From IMG/VR virus record IMGVR_UViG_3300031813_000003, positions 151,975-215,974 of that record: a DNA stretch of 64,000 nt; one strand, written 5' to 3'. The translations under genes and the position numbers were made by a program. The stretch comes from a virus (lineage: Duplodnaviria > Caudoviricetes). Numbering within the stretch: position 1 is the first letter of the stretch; each line of letters opens with the position of its first letter. Positions 46,939 to 58,460 of this stretch are shown in pieces. The notes under the pieces are model-generated. The model saw nothing but the letters and a program-made list of their open reading frames with translations, was not told the DNA's origin and searched no databases.

Positions 46939-47718
46939 ATGGCAGTCGGGCCTAAAATACAATCAGTTGGTGGATTGAAACAATATATTTTAAGAAAATT
47001 GGGATATCCTGCGCACCAAATTGAAATCACAGATGATCAACTTCAAGATGCAATTGACGATACCCTAGATGATTATCTTCAAGTTGCTTACTCAGGGGTA
47101 AATGAAATTTATGTTCCTATGACTTTACTTGCTGGAGTTCAAGATTATATTCTTCCATATAATGTATTTGCAGTTTTATCTGTCAATGATGCTGATATGT
47201 CTATGATTGGTGCTAATATGCCGTCTAATATGTTCTCATTGAATCAATTTATTGCAGCTGACTTATATCGTCCTGGTGTTGCCAAAATAGACTTAATTGG
47301 TTATGAGATGATTAATCAAATGACTTCTACTATTGATTTAATCTTTGGTAAGAAACAGACATTTGATTATAATTCAGTTTCTAAAATTCTTCATATTCAT
47401 GGAAATATTACTGGCAATACTAATGTAATAATTCAATTGTATCAAAAATTAGATTTACAAACAACTCTATCAAACGATGGAGTTTCATACGAAGAAGAAA
47501 AAATCTATGATGATAAATGGATTAAACGTATGGCTACTGCTAGGGCGCAACTTCAATGGGGTAAAAATATTGGGTTGAAATATCAAGGTTCAGTATTACC
47601 AAACGGTGGAACATTGAATGGGCAAGGCATCATTGATATGGCAAATACTGACATAGAAAAATTATCAGAAGAACTAAAAAATGTATATACATTACCAATA
47701 GACTTCTTTGTAGGATAA
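46939..47718 (+). CDS. gp13: neck protein (T4 gp13-like)
   Basis: LKQYILRKLGYP..IEIT.DQ...QWG.N..KY....LP.G.TLNG. Confidence 0.88.
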   Translation: MAVGPKIQSVGGLKQYILRKLGYPAHQIEITDDQLQDAIDDTLDDYLQVAYSGVNEIYVPMTLLAGVQDYILPYNVFAVLSVNDADMSMIGANMPSNMFSLNQFIAADLYRPGVAKIDLIGYEMINQMTSTIDLIFGKKQTFDYNSVSKILHIHGNITGNTNVIIQLYQKLDLQTTLSNDGVSYEEEKIYDDKWIKRMATARAQLQWGKNIGLKYQGSVLPNGGTLNGQGIIDMANTDIEKLSEELKNVYTLPIDFFVG

Positions 47719-48086
47719 TCCTATATGAGTTTTACATTTATAACATTTGCATCAAGGACTCCTAGTAATGTACTTGTTACCGTTGCTAGGAGTTCTCTTG
47801 TTTGTTTTAATAAAAATATAACTAATAAAGTTACTTTCAATCCAAATAATCATCAAGAAATTTTAGAATTACCAATTATATCAAATACTAATATTGTTAT
47901 AAATAAAAGTAATAATACAAGAATTCAATTTAATACTAATAATTCAAATTTGGTAAATTTCAACTCTACTAATAATAGTGATGTAGATTTCATTACTTTA
48001 AATAGTAATCTTGTTACAGAATCATTACATAGGTTTGTATTTGGAATAGGATTTGAAGCAATAGGAGAATCCTTTATAGGATAAAC

Positions 48087-48551
48087 ATGGGACTACGAGA
48101 TTTTTTTATATCTAAATTTATAACTGGATATCACCCTGTTCAAAGTGATTATACACAGTTGTTCAACTCTATATATTTTATAGACGAACCACTGTCAGGG
48201 GCACCAGAAAATAATTTCTCTGTCTCTGGAAATAAAACTCAATTAATTAATACTGATAGATTTATCATAGAAGATAGTGAAGACCAAAATACAACTAAAT
48301 ATGTACAATGGAGTGATATTTTAAATTCATTAGATGAGGTAAATACTGTGGTATATGCAACAAGATATGATAATGTCGGAAATAACATAGCTTATGTAGG
48401 TGAATCTATTCCTGGGGCTTTAACATCTGATCCAGTATGGAGAATTAAAAGACTCGACACCTCCAATAATGATCTTATCACAACTTGGGCAAATGGTAAT
48501 TCAACTTTTAATAATATTTGGGATTCAAGAACAATATTAATTTATTCTTAA
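48087..48551 (+). CDS. virion structural protein (putative)
   Basis: YVG...PG...WRIKR...WANGN..F..IWD.R. Confidence 0.55.
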   Translation: MGLRDFFISKFITGYHPVQSDYTQLFNSIYFIDEPLSGAPENNFSVSGNKTQLINTDRFIIEDSEDQNTTKYVQWSDILNSLDEVNTVVYATRYDNVGNNIAYVGESIPGALTSDPVWRIKRLDTSNNDLITTWANGNSTFNNIWDSRTILIYS

Positions 48552-48569
48552 CTAGGAGTATTTTTATAA

Positions 48570-51437
48570 ATGGGAACATATGCACCTTACAATACAGGAT
48601 CAGGAAACTTAGTTGTTACAAATGGTTCTCCTGCAATTTCATGTTCTACCGCAGTTTGGTCAGACTTGAATGCCAGTGCTGGAAGTATTATAACTATAAA
48701 TGGCGTAGATTATATTATATCAGTTCGTAACTCAGCTACATCTATAACATTAACTGCTAATTATGCTGGTACTTCCAGCATTACCGCAACATATGTTGTA
48801 GGTACTTTAGTAAATCCAACACCATTAACATCATCAGACCTAATTGCAGTTACAAACGGAGTTACACTAAAAATAACAAATAGTGCATTTACCACTAATC
48901 CAGTTTATTCTTCATCTAGTTTAGCAGGAACACTATATCTAGAAAATTTTGCTCCTGGGTATAAAGTTGGTACTGCTAGTGTTGTAAACGGATCAGCTTC
49001 AGTATCTGGAATTGGTACTTCGTGGACAACTGTTAATGCACCTTCTGGTGCTAGTATAGTATTAAATACTCTAACTTATACAATTGCTTCTGTTAACGTT
49101 GGCACTCAGGTTATAACATTAACTACAACATTTGCTGGTAATACTAATACATCTCCAGGTGTACCATATTTTATTGGAGGATTGGTATTCTCATATAATA
49201 CAACTACTGTAGTAACAAGCGCAAATACTCCACTAGCTTTGTTTAAAACTAGAGGAGGTTGGGTTAATATAGGTATAGGAACTGGTGCTGCTGGTCAAAC
49301 TGTTTCACATTGGGATATTGGTGAATCAAAAGCTAAGTCTACAACAGGAACAATTACAATATCAACAGCTGGACTTTGTACTGGTTCAAGTACTAACTGG
49401 AGTAACTCATCTGGTAACTGTTGTATAGGTGATTATGTAAAAATAACTAGCAATAACTCTTACTGGAGAATTGCTTCAATTACAAACACATCTTCTATGC
49501 AATTGGAAACATCAAACTATACAGGACCTTCTGGAAGTCAGGCATACACAATAGTTAGAATTAGTAATCCATTAGCTTGTGTTTGGGTAGAAACTGTTTC
49601 TGGTAGTGGTGTTTATGAAAAATATTTAAATATGTCTTCATTTTGGGGATATACAAAAACTACAAACCCACTAACAACTTTAGCAGGGGCAGGTAAATAT
49701 GGAAGATTTTTCACACAGAAAGATAATATATTAACATTTGGTGATGGTACATATGGCAAATGCCCTCCATCAGGAGCAAATATAAAAGTACCTAATATAG
49801 TTGTAACATGTCTAACTGCCAAAATAACTCCTGGATCAGGAAACTTAATTGATGGTACATATGGAGCAAAAATAGACTGCGATAAACTAATAAACTGTAG
49901 TTTATATTTCAACACAAAGTATTCTTCATTTAGTATGTCAAGTGTTGCTTCTGCTAATAATATTGCACTTACTTATACAAATCCTACATTTTCTGATTGC
50001 GGATTTGTATTACCACAATTTGAAAGTAGTTATGCTTTTGGATTTAGTTATTGTGATATAACAATGAATGATTGTGCGGCATATAGTTCTGGAGGTGTTG
50101 GTACAATACAAGCATCTCCTAATGCATATTCATTGGTTGTATCTGGTGGGTGGTTTTCATCTTTACCAATAAATGGTACAACTGCACCAGCTACAGTTAT
50201 AGGGGTTCCTGCCCAAGTAGGGGCATCATTAATCCTAGATAGTTGTACCCTAGTAGGAGGTGTTGGAGCAGGAGGAGATTACCTTTCTTTAACTAATGCA
50301 TATATGACAGATGACGCACAGCTTAGAAATACAATTTCTACAGCATCTATGGTAACTGGTTCTATTACAACAACAATTAAAATTGCAAATGTAACAGTAG
50401 ACTCAGGATTTGCCCAAGGAGTTTGTACAGTTGGTGCTACAAATATGTCAATTATTAATGTAACTAGCAATTCTACAAATATGCAAAGTGCATTTAATAA
50501 TAATATAAATGCATCAGCTATGATAGGCAATTGTTACATAAAAACAATTACCTCATCATATTTCACATCTGCATATGGGTTTGGTGGTAGAATTACAACA
50601 CAAAATATGAGATCAGACTCATATACAGGGGCATTTACTCCTCTAGGAAGTAATAGTATAGCCAAAGGTGTAGCATGTAACGGAACATTAACATATGGTT
50701 CTACAACTGATAGTAATCTTTTTGAAATTTATACTTCATCAACCCAAGGAGCTATTGGTATACTTGGGGGATTATGGACTACATTATCAAATGGTATAAT
50801 AACTTCTGTAGGTAATACTTATTCTGTAGGTGGAAATATATACATGAATAATATTTTTGGTACTGCATCACTTACTATTATTTGGCCCCATACAATAATG
50901 GGTATTACTGGATTTCAAAATGTTGCCCCTACTATTGTAGGGACCACTACAACTAGTTTTACATACCAATATGCAATTGATACTGGTAGTGGATTTGGGG
51001 TATTAAAAACATTAAGTGCTTCTAGTCTATCATCTGAAACTGTATCAGCATCAGTTGGATTTAGATTTAAATTATATATTACATCTAATGATAATGATAC
51101 TTCAAAAAATATTACATCAATAAAAATTCCTACATTTATTGATCAAACAGTTGTATACCCAACATCTTTGGTATCTGTAATTCTTAATAATGTTGTAGCA
51201 GGGAGTACATATGCTATTATAAACTCAAATACAAGTGCTATTATTTCTGAGGGTACTGCGAGTTCTAGTATAGTAACAGTTCCAAATATACCATACTATG
51301 GATCAGACATACCGATAACTATACGTGTAAGGCAGTCTATAAATAGCCCTAAATATATACCATATGAATCTTATGGTATTATATCAGTAAATGGTAGTAC
51401 TACCTGGGTCAGTCAAGTAATAGATTTGATTGCATAA
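48570..51437 (+). CDS. large beta-rich fibre/spike-like structural protein
   Basis: Repeats G..(S/T)V.NGS..(V/I).G..T.W; T/S/G-rich. Confidence 0.65.
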   Translation: MGTYAPYNTGSGNLVVTNGSPAISCSTAVWSDLNASAGSIITINGVDYIISVRNSATSITLTANYAGTSSITATYVVGTLVNPTPLTSSDLIAVTNGVTLKITNSAFTTNPVYSSSSLAGTLYLENFAPGYKVGTASVVNGSASVSGIGTSWTTVNAPSGASIVLNTLTYTIASVNVGTQVITLTTTFAGNTNTSPGVPYFIGGLVFSYNTTTVVTSANTPLALFKTRGGWVNIGIGTGAAGQTVSHWDIGESKAKSTTGTITISTAGLCTGSSTNWSNSSGNCCIGDYVKITSNNSYWRIASITNTSSMQLETSNYTGPSGSQAYTIVRISNPLACVWVETVSGSGVYEKYLNMSSFWGYTKTTNPLTTLAGAGKYGRFFTQKDNILTFGDGTYGKCPPSGANIKVPNIVVTCLTAKITPGSGNLIDGTYGAKIDCDKLINCSLYFNTKYSSFSMSSVASANNIALTYTNPTFSDCGFVLPQFESSYAFGFSYCDITMNDCAAYSSGGVGTIQASPNAYSLVVSGGWFSSLPINGTTAPATVIGVPAQVGASLILDSCTLVGGVGAGGDYLSLTNAYMTDDAQLRNTISTASMVTGSITTTIKIANVTVDSGFAQGVCTVGATNMSIINVTSNSTNMQSAFNNNINASAMIGNCYIKTITSSYFTSAYGFGGRITTQNMRSDSYTGAFTPLGSNSIAKGVACNGTLTYGSTTDSNLFEIYTSSTQGAIGILGGLWTTLSNGIITSVGNTYSVGGNIYMNNIFGTASLTIIWPHTIMGITGFQNVAPTIVGTTTTSFTYQYAIDTGSGFGVLKTLSASSLSSETVSASVGFRFKLYITSNDNDTSKNITSIKIPTFIDQTVVYPTSLVSVILNNVVAGSTYAIINSNTSAIISEGTASSSIVTVPNIPYYGSDIPITIRVRQSINSPKYIPYESYGIISVNGSTTWVSQVIDLIA

Positions 51438-51489
51438 CAATTAATTCATAAATACAAATAGAACAAATAAAAATTAGGAGTAAAAATAT

Positions 51490-52911
51490 ATGGCAGCAAT
51501 AACAGGTGATGGTGTAACCGTTGGTACTAGTGAATGGATTCTTAACTATGGTTCCAAAACACTAGCAAAAAATGCTTCATACATGCCAACAACAAGGCAT
51601 ACTGTTAATGAACTATATTCTTGGCTTATGGCATTATTTTCTAATGCAGCTGAAATGGATGATACAATTCCTATTCAAGCAAACACACCAACAGAATATC
51701 AGCTAATTAATGGTTGGACTTTTAACAATGATATTAGTGATACCCAATATTTATATGGTGGTTCTATCATAGTTGTTAAAGCTGGTGGTAATGATATTTG
51801 GGCTAACTTCTATACCCTAGGATCAATTGCAGCTGATGCAGTTGTATATTGGCAACAAGGAGTAAGTGCAGTTCCTACTTATTCTGGATATACCCTAGGA
51901 CATATTGATCAGTTAATTAAAACCACAGCAAGTGGTAGTGCAGTTAACTCACAGAATATTACTGCATATATTCGTAACTTAGGTGAAACATATGACTTCT
52001 TCCAAGTACAAGCAACAGCAACTGGTGGACGTAACCCTGTTCCTCTTGCTACTGCTACTGACTTGAATGATAGTCCTGCAACTTCTGCTGGTACTTATCC
52101 AGGAATGTCAATTACATTTAATAGTGTAACCCAGGATATTGGTGATGGTAATGGCCCACAACCATATGATGTAACTGTTAACGCATCAGGTTATACTTGT
52201 GCGCAAGCATATAAATATTTAAAATATATTACTAGTTCAACAATCTCTGGTAATGTTGGTACAAATAGTACAGTGGCTGGTAAATTCTATCAAACTGCTA
52301 CAGTAACAGGATCATATTCACCAGTTAAAGCTGCTCCATTTGGTTCTTTTGCGGGTGGAAAGTTCTTCGGTGCTAGGGGTGTTTGGCTTGCTGGTGTAAC
52401 AGATACAATGAACATGCAACTTATCGACTCTAATAATATTGTTAGAAATCCTCCAACTACAATAAGTGTACTTGTTACAGGTGTTGTTTCTGGAGATAGA
52501 GTACTTGTTGCTAGAACTGCAAGTGGTGCTGTAAATAAAAATCAATTTACAATTTTATCTACTTCAGCATCAGCCATTGGTATTACCACAGCTGTACCTG
52601 CTGATATTCCAAATACTGGAACAATTCGTGTAGGAGATACACCATTTACCTATACTAGCAAAACAGCGTCTGGATTTAGTGGAGTATCCCCAACACCAGC
52701 AGGGCAAACAGGTGGTATGTATGTACCACTAATAGATGCAATGGCTACCACAACTACTATATCTTCCCCTGCAATGACTTATTTAGCAGACTTTTCAGTA
52801 ATTGCTAGGGTACGTGTTAAAGGTATCTTACCATTCGAAAACACTGGTACTGTTGGAAATACTGGTCTTTCAATTTCTGCAATTAGAACAACAGATACAA
52901 TCGTTGTATAA
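51490..52911 (+). CDS. virion structural protein (putative)
   Basis: Late promoter; T/G/S-rich beta protein. Confidence 0.6.
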   Translation: MAAITGDGVTVGTSEWILNYGSKTLAKNASYMPTTRHTVNELYSWLMALFSNAAEMDDTIPIQANTPTEYQLINGWTFNNDISDTQYLYGGSIIVVKAGGNDIWANFYTLGSIAADAVVYWQQGVSAVPTYSGYTLGHIDQLIKTTASGSAVNSQNITAYIRNLGETYDFFQVQATATGGRNPVPLATATDLNDSPATSAGTYPGMSITFNSVTQDIGDGNGPQPYDVTVNASGYTCAQAYKYLKYITSSTISGNVGTNSTVAGKFYQTATVTGSYSPVKAAPFGSFAGGKFFGARGVWLAGVTDTMNMQLIDSNNIVRNPPTTISVLVTGVVSGDRVLVARTASGAVNKNQFTILSTSASAIGITTAVPADIPNTGTIRVGDTPFTYTSKTASGFSGVSPTPAGQTGGMYVPLIDAMATTTTISSPAMTYLADFSVIARVRVKGILPFENTGTVGNTGLSISAIRTTDTIVV

Positions 52912-52922
52912 GGAGAATTTTA

Positions 52923-53231
52923 ATGGGTGATTTAAATGCATCAGTACAAACTGTCCTAAGAAAAATATGGGATAGGGCAACTAAAGTTAGAATTGATAAT
53001 GCATATAATACTGCCCCTGTGCTTACATTTGAGATTCATACAATTACTACTGATAATGACGTTCAGGTAGGTGATGTACCAAAATCATTATTAGTAGTAA
53101 ATTATAATCCAGACGAAGTATATCCATTATTAAACCCTATAGATGGGAGTGTTATTGATCCTATAGGTGGTAATCATAATATGCTTCAAGCACAACTGTT
53201 TAGTTTATTTACATACAAAACAACTAATTAA
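52923..53231 (+). CDS. hypothetical late protein
   Basis: ORF with SD. Confidence 0.6.
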   Translation: MGDLNASVQTVLRKIWDRATKVRIDNAYNTAPVLTFEIHTITTDNDVQVGDVPKSLLVVNYNPDEVYPLLNPIDGSVIDPIGGNHNMLQAQLFSLFTYKTTN

Positions 53232-53242
53232 TTAAGGTATTT

Positions 53243-53719
53243 ATGATATATGATTACGATTTTATCAATCAAATAATTGATATTCCTTATGGTATATCAA
53301 GTGTTGTATTACAGGATTTAATAGATGATATACGAAGTGTAGAAGCTACTGTAGAAGGTATAGGATATGGATCAATTGCAACAGCAACAGGGAAAGAATC
53401 CCTCGGGAACAACGTGCAGGTTGGTATCACCGTCAACCTTTTGGACAGTTGGCAGATACGATTTGCATCAGGAAGTTATATCGCAAGAGTTACCGGTGGA
53501 AACCTCGTTGGAGGATACCAAGGTGACCCAATAGCATATTCAGCAGGAGTACAAGTTCTATTAGTACAATCTGCAGCATCAACTGTAGTTAATGTCGGTG
53601 GAAGTTCACTAACATCAGAAGAACATGCTCAACTTATGAGAAGTAGTACTTTATCAACAGATGAACATAATACATTGATGCAAACTTTAACAGTTCCATT
53701 ATATTTAGGACTTAAGTGA
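53243..53719 (+). CDS. hypothetical structural protein
   Basis: ORF in the late operon. Confidence 0.6.
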   Translation: MIYDYDFINQIIDIPYGISSVVLQDLIDDIRSVEATVEGIGYGSIATATGKESLGNNVQVGITVNLLDSWQIRFASGSYIARVTGGNLVGGYQGDPIAYSAGVQVLLVQSAASTVVNVGGSSLTSEEHAQLMRSSTLSTDEHNTLMQTLTVPLYLGLK

Positions 53720-54108
53720 TAATTATGAATACTGGATTTAGCGTAGAAAAACTATCAGTAGAAACATCAGACGGAAGAAATGTATCTGTAATTGTTCCAT
53801 TTACGTATACTTGTGAGGATGGAAGTGTGATTTCAATTCCAGAACATGATACAAGTGATGGTGCTAGTACTCCTAGATTTATTTGGACTATCATCCCTCC
53901 ATTTGGGGTTTATTGGATGGCAGCAGTACTTCATGACTTCTTATATAGATTTACTGATCTACCCAAAGATAGATGCGATAATATTCTATATGAAGCTATG
54001 ATTCGCTTAGGTACTGATAAACTAGAAGCATGGAATATTTACGAAGGTGTTCATTTAGGAGGACAATCTTCCTTTGATGAAGACAGAGCAAAACAAAAAG
54101 TAGCATAA
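53716..54108 (+). CDS. DUF1353-family protein
   Basis: SDGASTPR..W...PP.G.Y..AAVLHDFLY. Confidence 0.8.
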   Translation: MIIMNTGFSVEKLSVETSDGRNVSVIVPFTYTCEDGSVISIPEHDTSDGASTPRFIWTIIPPFGVYWMAAVLHDFLYRFTDLPKDRCDNILYEAMIRLGTDKLEAWNIYEGVHLGGQSSFDEDRAKQKVA

Positions 54109-54124
54109 CTAAAGGAGAAACAAA

Positions 54125-54553
54125 ATGGCTTTCTGGCAATCAATCGGTAATTTTTTCACAAACTTTTTCAAAAATGCAGCAGCTGACCCAACTTCAACTA
54201 TGGTAGGTATTTCTAAACTATCTTCTGCAGCTGCTATCTGTTATGGAATGTCAAATGGTGCTGTACCTGTAAATGCTCTTTCTATTGGAGCAGCTGCTTC
54301 AATGGTAGCAGGAGGAGTCCATAACATAGGAACTAACACATCAGGAGTTACTTCAGCCCCAGCTTCAGCAGTAGAATCTGCTATGGCAGTAGTTACCCAA
54401 GCTGCACCAGTTGCAATGTCTGTTGTAGATCAATTAGCAGCAATGAAAACTGCAGCGTCTAATGGTCAGAAACAAGTTGATTTATTTAATGCTGTAACAA
54501 CTGCAATTGCAACTGTAATCCCTGTTTCAGGGTCAACTCCTCCAACTGTTTAA
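54125..54553 (+). CDS. Ala-rich membrane protein (holin-like possible)
   Basis: Hydrophobic Ala/Gly segments. Confidence 0.5.
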   Translation: MAFWQSIGNFFTNFFKNAAADPTSTMVGISKLSSAAAICYGMSNGAVPVNALSIGAAASMVAGGVHNIGTNTSGVTSAPASAVESAMAVVTQAAPVAMSVVDQLAAMKTAASNGQKQVDLFNAVTTAIATVIPVSGSTPPTV

Positions 54554-54609
54554 CACAAGCAGAGCAATGCCCTATGAACTTTAATAGGGCATTGCTCAAG
54601 GAACTTTAG

Positions 54610-55341
54610 ATGGGAATCTACGCAGACTATAATTCATATAATACTTCTGTATCTGGTAATGTGTCAGTTTATCCATATAGATTAAATCAGACTTATCCTG
54701 CAACAGGTGATTCTATGGGTAATAATGATTTCTTAACAACTGATAATTTAGCTACAGAGTTTTATCTTCTTTATGGTTCTGATATGACGTTCATGCCTAG
54801 GGAACTTAACAAAGAAGAAACCACATTTGGTGAATTTTTATCCTCTGTATTCGAACAAGGATTCCCTTTAAGGATGTTTATAGAAGAAACCACAGCATGG
54901 TCAGGGAATGGAGATATGTACTCTAAATTCGGCCTTCAGGTGACCGATGAGGCTACTATATACATCAACAAGTCTTCTTTCTTGGCTCAAACAAATAACA
55001 TATATCCTAAACAAGGAGATTTGATATATATAGCTAAATCTCAGAAGTTATTTCAAATAAAACATATTGAGGATGAAGTTCAACCTTCTTTCTATTTACT
55101 AGGGCAACGTGGAGGATTCAAATTCTCATGTGGATTGTTTATGTATAATCACGAAGTTATTAATCAATCACCTTCAGCTGGTATCCCAAATGCTATTCAA
55201 GCATTGGATGCCCTTCTTCAAGATATGAATGGTAATGACGTTACCCTAGATCAAAAAGAATTTAATGATAATAACGCTAACACTATAGCAGCTGCTAATA
55301 CTGTGATTGATACTTCAGAAGTTGATCCACTCCTAGGATAA
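54610..55341 (+). CDS. gp14: neck protein (T4 gp14-like)
   Basis: YG.D..F.PRE...SKFGL...P..GDLIY...LF.I..IE. Confidence 0.87.
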   Translation: MGIYADYNSYNTSVSGNVSVYPYRLNQTYPATGDSMGNNDFLTTDNLATEFYLLYGSDMTFMPRELNKEETTFGEFLSSVFEQGFPLRMFIEETTAWSGNGDMYSKFGLQVTDEATIYINKSSFLAQTNNIYPKQGDLIYIAKSQKLFQIKHIEDEVQPSFYLLGQRGGFKFSCGLFMYNHEVINQSPSAGIPNAIQALDALLQDMNGNDVTLDQKEFNDNNANTIAAANTVIDTSEVDPLLG

Positions 55342-55343
55342 TT

Positions 55344-56153
55344 ATGAATTTTTATAATAACAACACTACTCAAATTGCAATAGTAGGATTTATGAATTGG
55401 TTTTCAAATCTTAGCATTGAAAAATATTCTACTATTGCATCTACAGGGGCATCAGGAACTGTATTTGTTCAAAGAAAGATTATTCCTGTTCCTTGTCAAT
55501 GGGCTACTAGAGAAAAATTTGTTGAAATTCTTAGAAGTGCATCAGCTAGAAAAGCATTTGATCCTGCAATTAAAGAATTAAATCCAGTAGAAATGCAATG
55601 GATTCTTCCTAGGATATCAGTGAATCAAACTGGAATGACCTACGATTCAAATAGAAGATTGATAAAAACCAACAAAGTTACTGATCCTAGAACTTCATCA
55701 AATAGCAATACTACAGCATATAGCCCAACTCCATATAATTTAGATTTAGAAGTTTGTAGTATATCTAGATATCTTGATGAGAACTATCAGTTAATGGAAC
55801 AGATTATTCCATATTTCTCCCCTGCAATGAACTTGAATCTAAAACTTCAACCTACAGGAGAACCCGAATCAATCCCTATTATATTAAATTCTGTTACTGT
55901 TGATACTCCTACTGATATACCTGAAAATGATGAAAGGATATTTACTATAACATATTCTTTCACTATGAAATTAAATTATTACACTCCAAAGAAAAATCAA
56001 TATCTTATCAATAAGGTTACTGATAGATTGATAACACAAACAGAAATATTTGAAATTGATCAAGCATATATTGAAAACCTAAATACGGTTACCACTACAT
56101 TTTCTCAGTATATGAATAATACAGGGTTATCTAATCCTTTCTTAGGACAATAA
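55344..56153 (+). CDS. gp15: tail sheath terminator (T4 gp15-like)
   Basis: LPRIS...YD..R...P.PYNL...Q..EQI.PYF.P. Confidence 0.87.
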   Translation: MNFYNNNTTQIAIVGFMNWFSNLSIEKYSTIASTGASGTVFVQRKIIPVPCQWATREKFVEILRSASARKAFDPAIKELNPVEMQWILPRISVNQTGMTYDSNRRLIKTNKVTDPRTSSNSNTTAYSPTPYNLDLEVCSISRYLDENYQLMEQIIPYFSPAMNLNLKLQPTGEPESIPIILNSVTVDTPTDIPENDERIFTITYSFTMKLNYYTPKKNQYLINKVTDRLITQTEIFEIDQAYIENLNTVTTTFSQYMNNTGLSNPFLGQ

Positions 56154-56157
56154 ATTC

Positions 56158-56472
56158 ATGGCGTTACTTGATACATTATTCAATATGGAAAACACAAATG
56201 GTGCTGGTGGTTCATTACTTAATACTCCATTTGCCCAAGTTTTTTCATTTGATATAGATAATATAACTGAAACCAAAAACTCTAACTCATCAGTATTCTG
56301 GAATTTTGGTGATCCAACTTCTCCAGATAATGAAGTTGTATGCTCAAGTATAGCTAATTCATTAGTTAAACATGTTTATACTTACCCAGGAACATATCAT
56401 GTTCATGCTATAGCAAATGTTAATGGTGTGTACTTTCATACAGAACAATTTATAACTATTGACCCTGACTAA
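56158..56472 (+). CDS. PKD-domain protein
   Basis: WNFGD...HVYTYPGTY.V. Confidence 0.75.
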   Translation: MALLDTLFNMENTNGAGGSLLNTPFAQVFSFDIDNITETKNSNSSVFWNFGDPTSPDNEVVCSSIANSLVKHVYTYPGTYHVHAIANVNGVYFHTEQFITIDPD

Positions 56473-56483
56473 AGAAGGATTAA

Positions 56484-56999
56484 ATGAATAACAAATTTGA
56501 AGAACTTGAAAAGAAACTTGATATAGCTACTACATTAATTCAAACTTTAGAAATTGATGATTATGAAATATCACTTCCATCCGTACCATTAACACCTATT
56601 ATACAATCAGGGGAAACTATAGAAGAAGTATCAACTGAAGTATTTTCTATCGATACTTTAAAAAGTGACTTTACTATTATTAGACAAAGTATACTCAAAC
56701 TTATAACCACAGGACAACGTATTTTAGATTCAGCTGCGGTTCTTGATCCTTCTGATATTAAACCAGCAACATTGACCGCATTATCAGAATTACAGCGATC
56801 TTTAGGAGGAAATCTTCAATTATTGGTTTCTGTATATAAAGAAATTGCAAATATTGAAAAGACTAGAGCAGCAACACAACATAAAAATAATGATGTTACT
56901 CCTGGATTAGTTAATCAGGGAAATATGACAACAAATAATATTGTTTTTTCTGGTGATACTAATCAGTTGCTAGAATTTTTAAACACAAATAAGAATTAA
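56484..56999 (+). CDS. gp16: terminase small subunit (T4 gp16-like)
   Basis: Helical; C-terminal TNNIVFSGDT..L..FL; synteny. Confidence 0.7.
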   Translation: MNNKFEELEKKLDIATTLIQTLEIDDYEISLPSVPLTPIIQSGETIEEVSTEVFSIDTLKSDFTIIRQSILKLITTGQRILDSAAVLDPSDIKPATLTALSELQRSLGGNLQLLVSVYKEIANIEKTRAATQHKNNDVTPGLVNQGNMTTNNIVFSGDTNQLLEFLNTNKN

Positions 57000-57044
57000 T
57001 ATAAATACAATTAAGATTAAAATCTAATAAAGAGGTATATATAA

Positions 57045-58460
57045 ATGGATGAACTATTCAAAGAAGCTCTTGGAGATGCTTTATATCATAATACAGTAAC
57101 AGCGTTGATGAATGAAGCTTCTATGGCAGGAGATATTGCTTCATGGGAACCATTACTATTCCCATTGATCAAGAAAATTTACCCTGAGTCTCTTGTAGAG
57201 CAAATTGCATCAGTTCAGCCTACAAAAGCACCATTGGCTAAAATTTCTTATTTAAATGCAATATACTCTGGTAATAACTCTAATATCGAAAATAATGTAC
57301 ACTGGACAAACTCTAGATTAATATCACTTGCACCTTCAGCAAGTAGCTCATATGTAGTAGGTGGTCAATATACATTAAATACTAACCCAAATATTGTTGT
57401 ACAAGTATATTACGGTGAACTTGCATATGAATTTAGAACTACAGCAGTATCAGCAGGACTAACTGTTACACAATCAGTATCTTCTGTCCCTGTTCACTGG
57501 AACATCTTAGTAGCAGCTGTTACTGGTGCATTAGATACTACAAATGGAATGTTTGGTGTTATTGCTGGTAACAAGATTGGAACTGAACCAATTCTCTATA
57601 CTACTACTAATAGAAATACAATAAAAAGACTATTTAAAACTTATTCAACAGTTTTAGAAAATAACTCAAATCTACAAGAAGTTAACTTTGAAACTGTTAC
57701 TGGTGTTATTCAAACTGTTTCAAGAAAGATTCGTTCAAGATTTAGTCAAGAAAAACTTCAAGACCTTAAAGCTCTTTATAATGAAAAAGCATATGAAATA
57801 ATTGCTGAAGCAATTTCAAACGAAATTAGGCAAGAAATTGATAGGGAAATTATTGATTATCTTAAACATATTGCAACTCCTATGTTAACAGATATTACTC
57901 TTCCACTTTCCCTAGGTGCATATTCTGGTGGTGGTTTAGATGAAATCACTTATGATTTATATGGCTCAATATATCTTGCAATTGAGGAAATTGTTAAAGC
58001 AACAAAACGTAATCGTACAATGTTCGTTCTAGCTGACTCAGCTACATGTGCGTTTCTAGTATTGAACGCACACCACTCTGAAGCTACTCCTGATAAATCT
58101 AACCCATATAAGGTTGGTAATATTGGACCTTATGATCTATACTGCGACCCATTTGCAACTGAACACTATATTATCGTTGGTTATAATTTTAAATCAAATG
58201 ATAAACATGATGCTGGATTATACTTCTGCCCATATACTACAACTATTCATGAAGTAACTTCAGGAGATAATAATTCTGCTACTCCATTTAGTGAAAACTT
58301 TATGGTTATGAATCGTTATGCTTATACTGTTCACCCTCAAGATAGTGGAACCGGAAATGGTGACTCTGACTTTTTCAGAATATTTGCTGTTAACTTTAGT
58401 AAAGCTGGTCTACCAAATATACCTAACTTCCCTGAACAGTTCAGGACCGAATACAATTAA
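57045..58460 (+). CDS. major-capsid-fold paralog (gp23/gp24-like, putative vertex protein)
   Basis: P.L.PLI..IYP...VQP...RK....S.E..QDL.A....EI..EIDREII...Y.PY...RYA. Confidence 0.8.
   Translation: MDELFKEALGDALYHNTVTALMNEASMAGDIASWEPLLFPLIKKIYPESLVEQIASVQPTKAPLAKISYLNAIYSGNNSNIENNVHWTNSRLISLAPSASSSYVVGGQYTLNTNPNIVVQVYYGELAYEFRTTAVSAGLTVTQSVSSVPVHWNILVAAVTGALDTTNGMFGVIAGNKIGTEPILYTTTNRNTIKRLFKTYSTVLENNSNLQEVNFETVTGVIQTVSRKIRSRFSQEKLQDLKALYNEKAYEIIAEAISNEIRQEIDREIIDYLKHIATPMLTDITLPLSLGAYSGGGLDEITYDLYGSIYLAIEEIVKATKRNRTMFVLADSATCAFLVLNAHHSEATPDKSNPYKVGNIGPYDLYCDPFATEHYIIVGYNFKSNDKHDAGLYFCPYTTTIHEVTSGDNNSATPFSENFMVMNRYAYTVHPQDSGTGNGDSDFFRIFAVNFSKAGLPNIPNFPEQFRTEYN

Noticed and set aside
57045-58460. 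The major capsid protein itself
   Set aside because: Divergent and outside the portal-protease-scaffold block; more consistent with a paralog or vertex protein.
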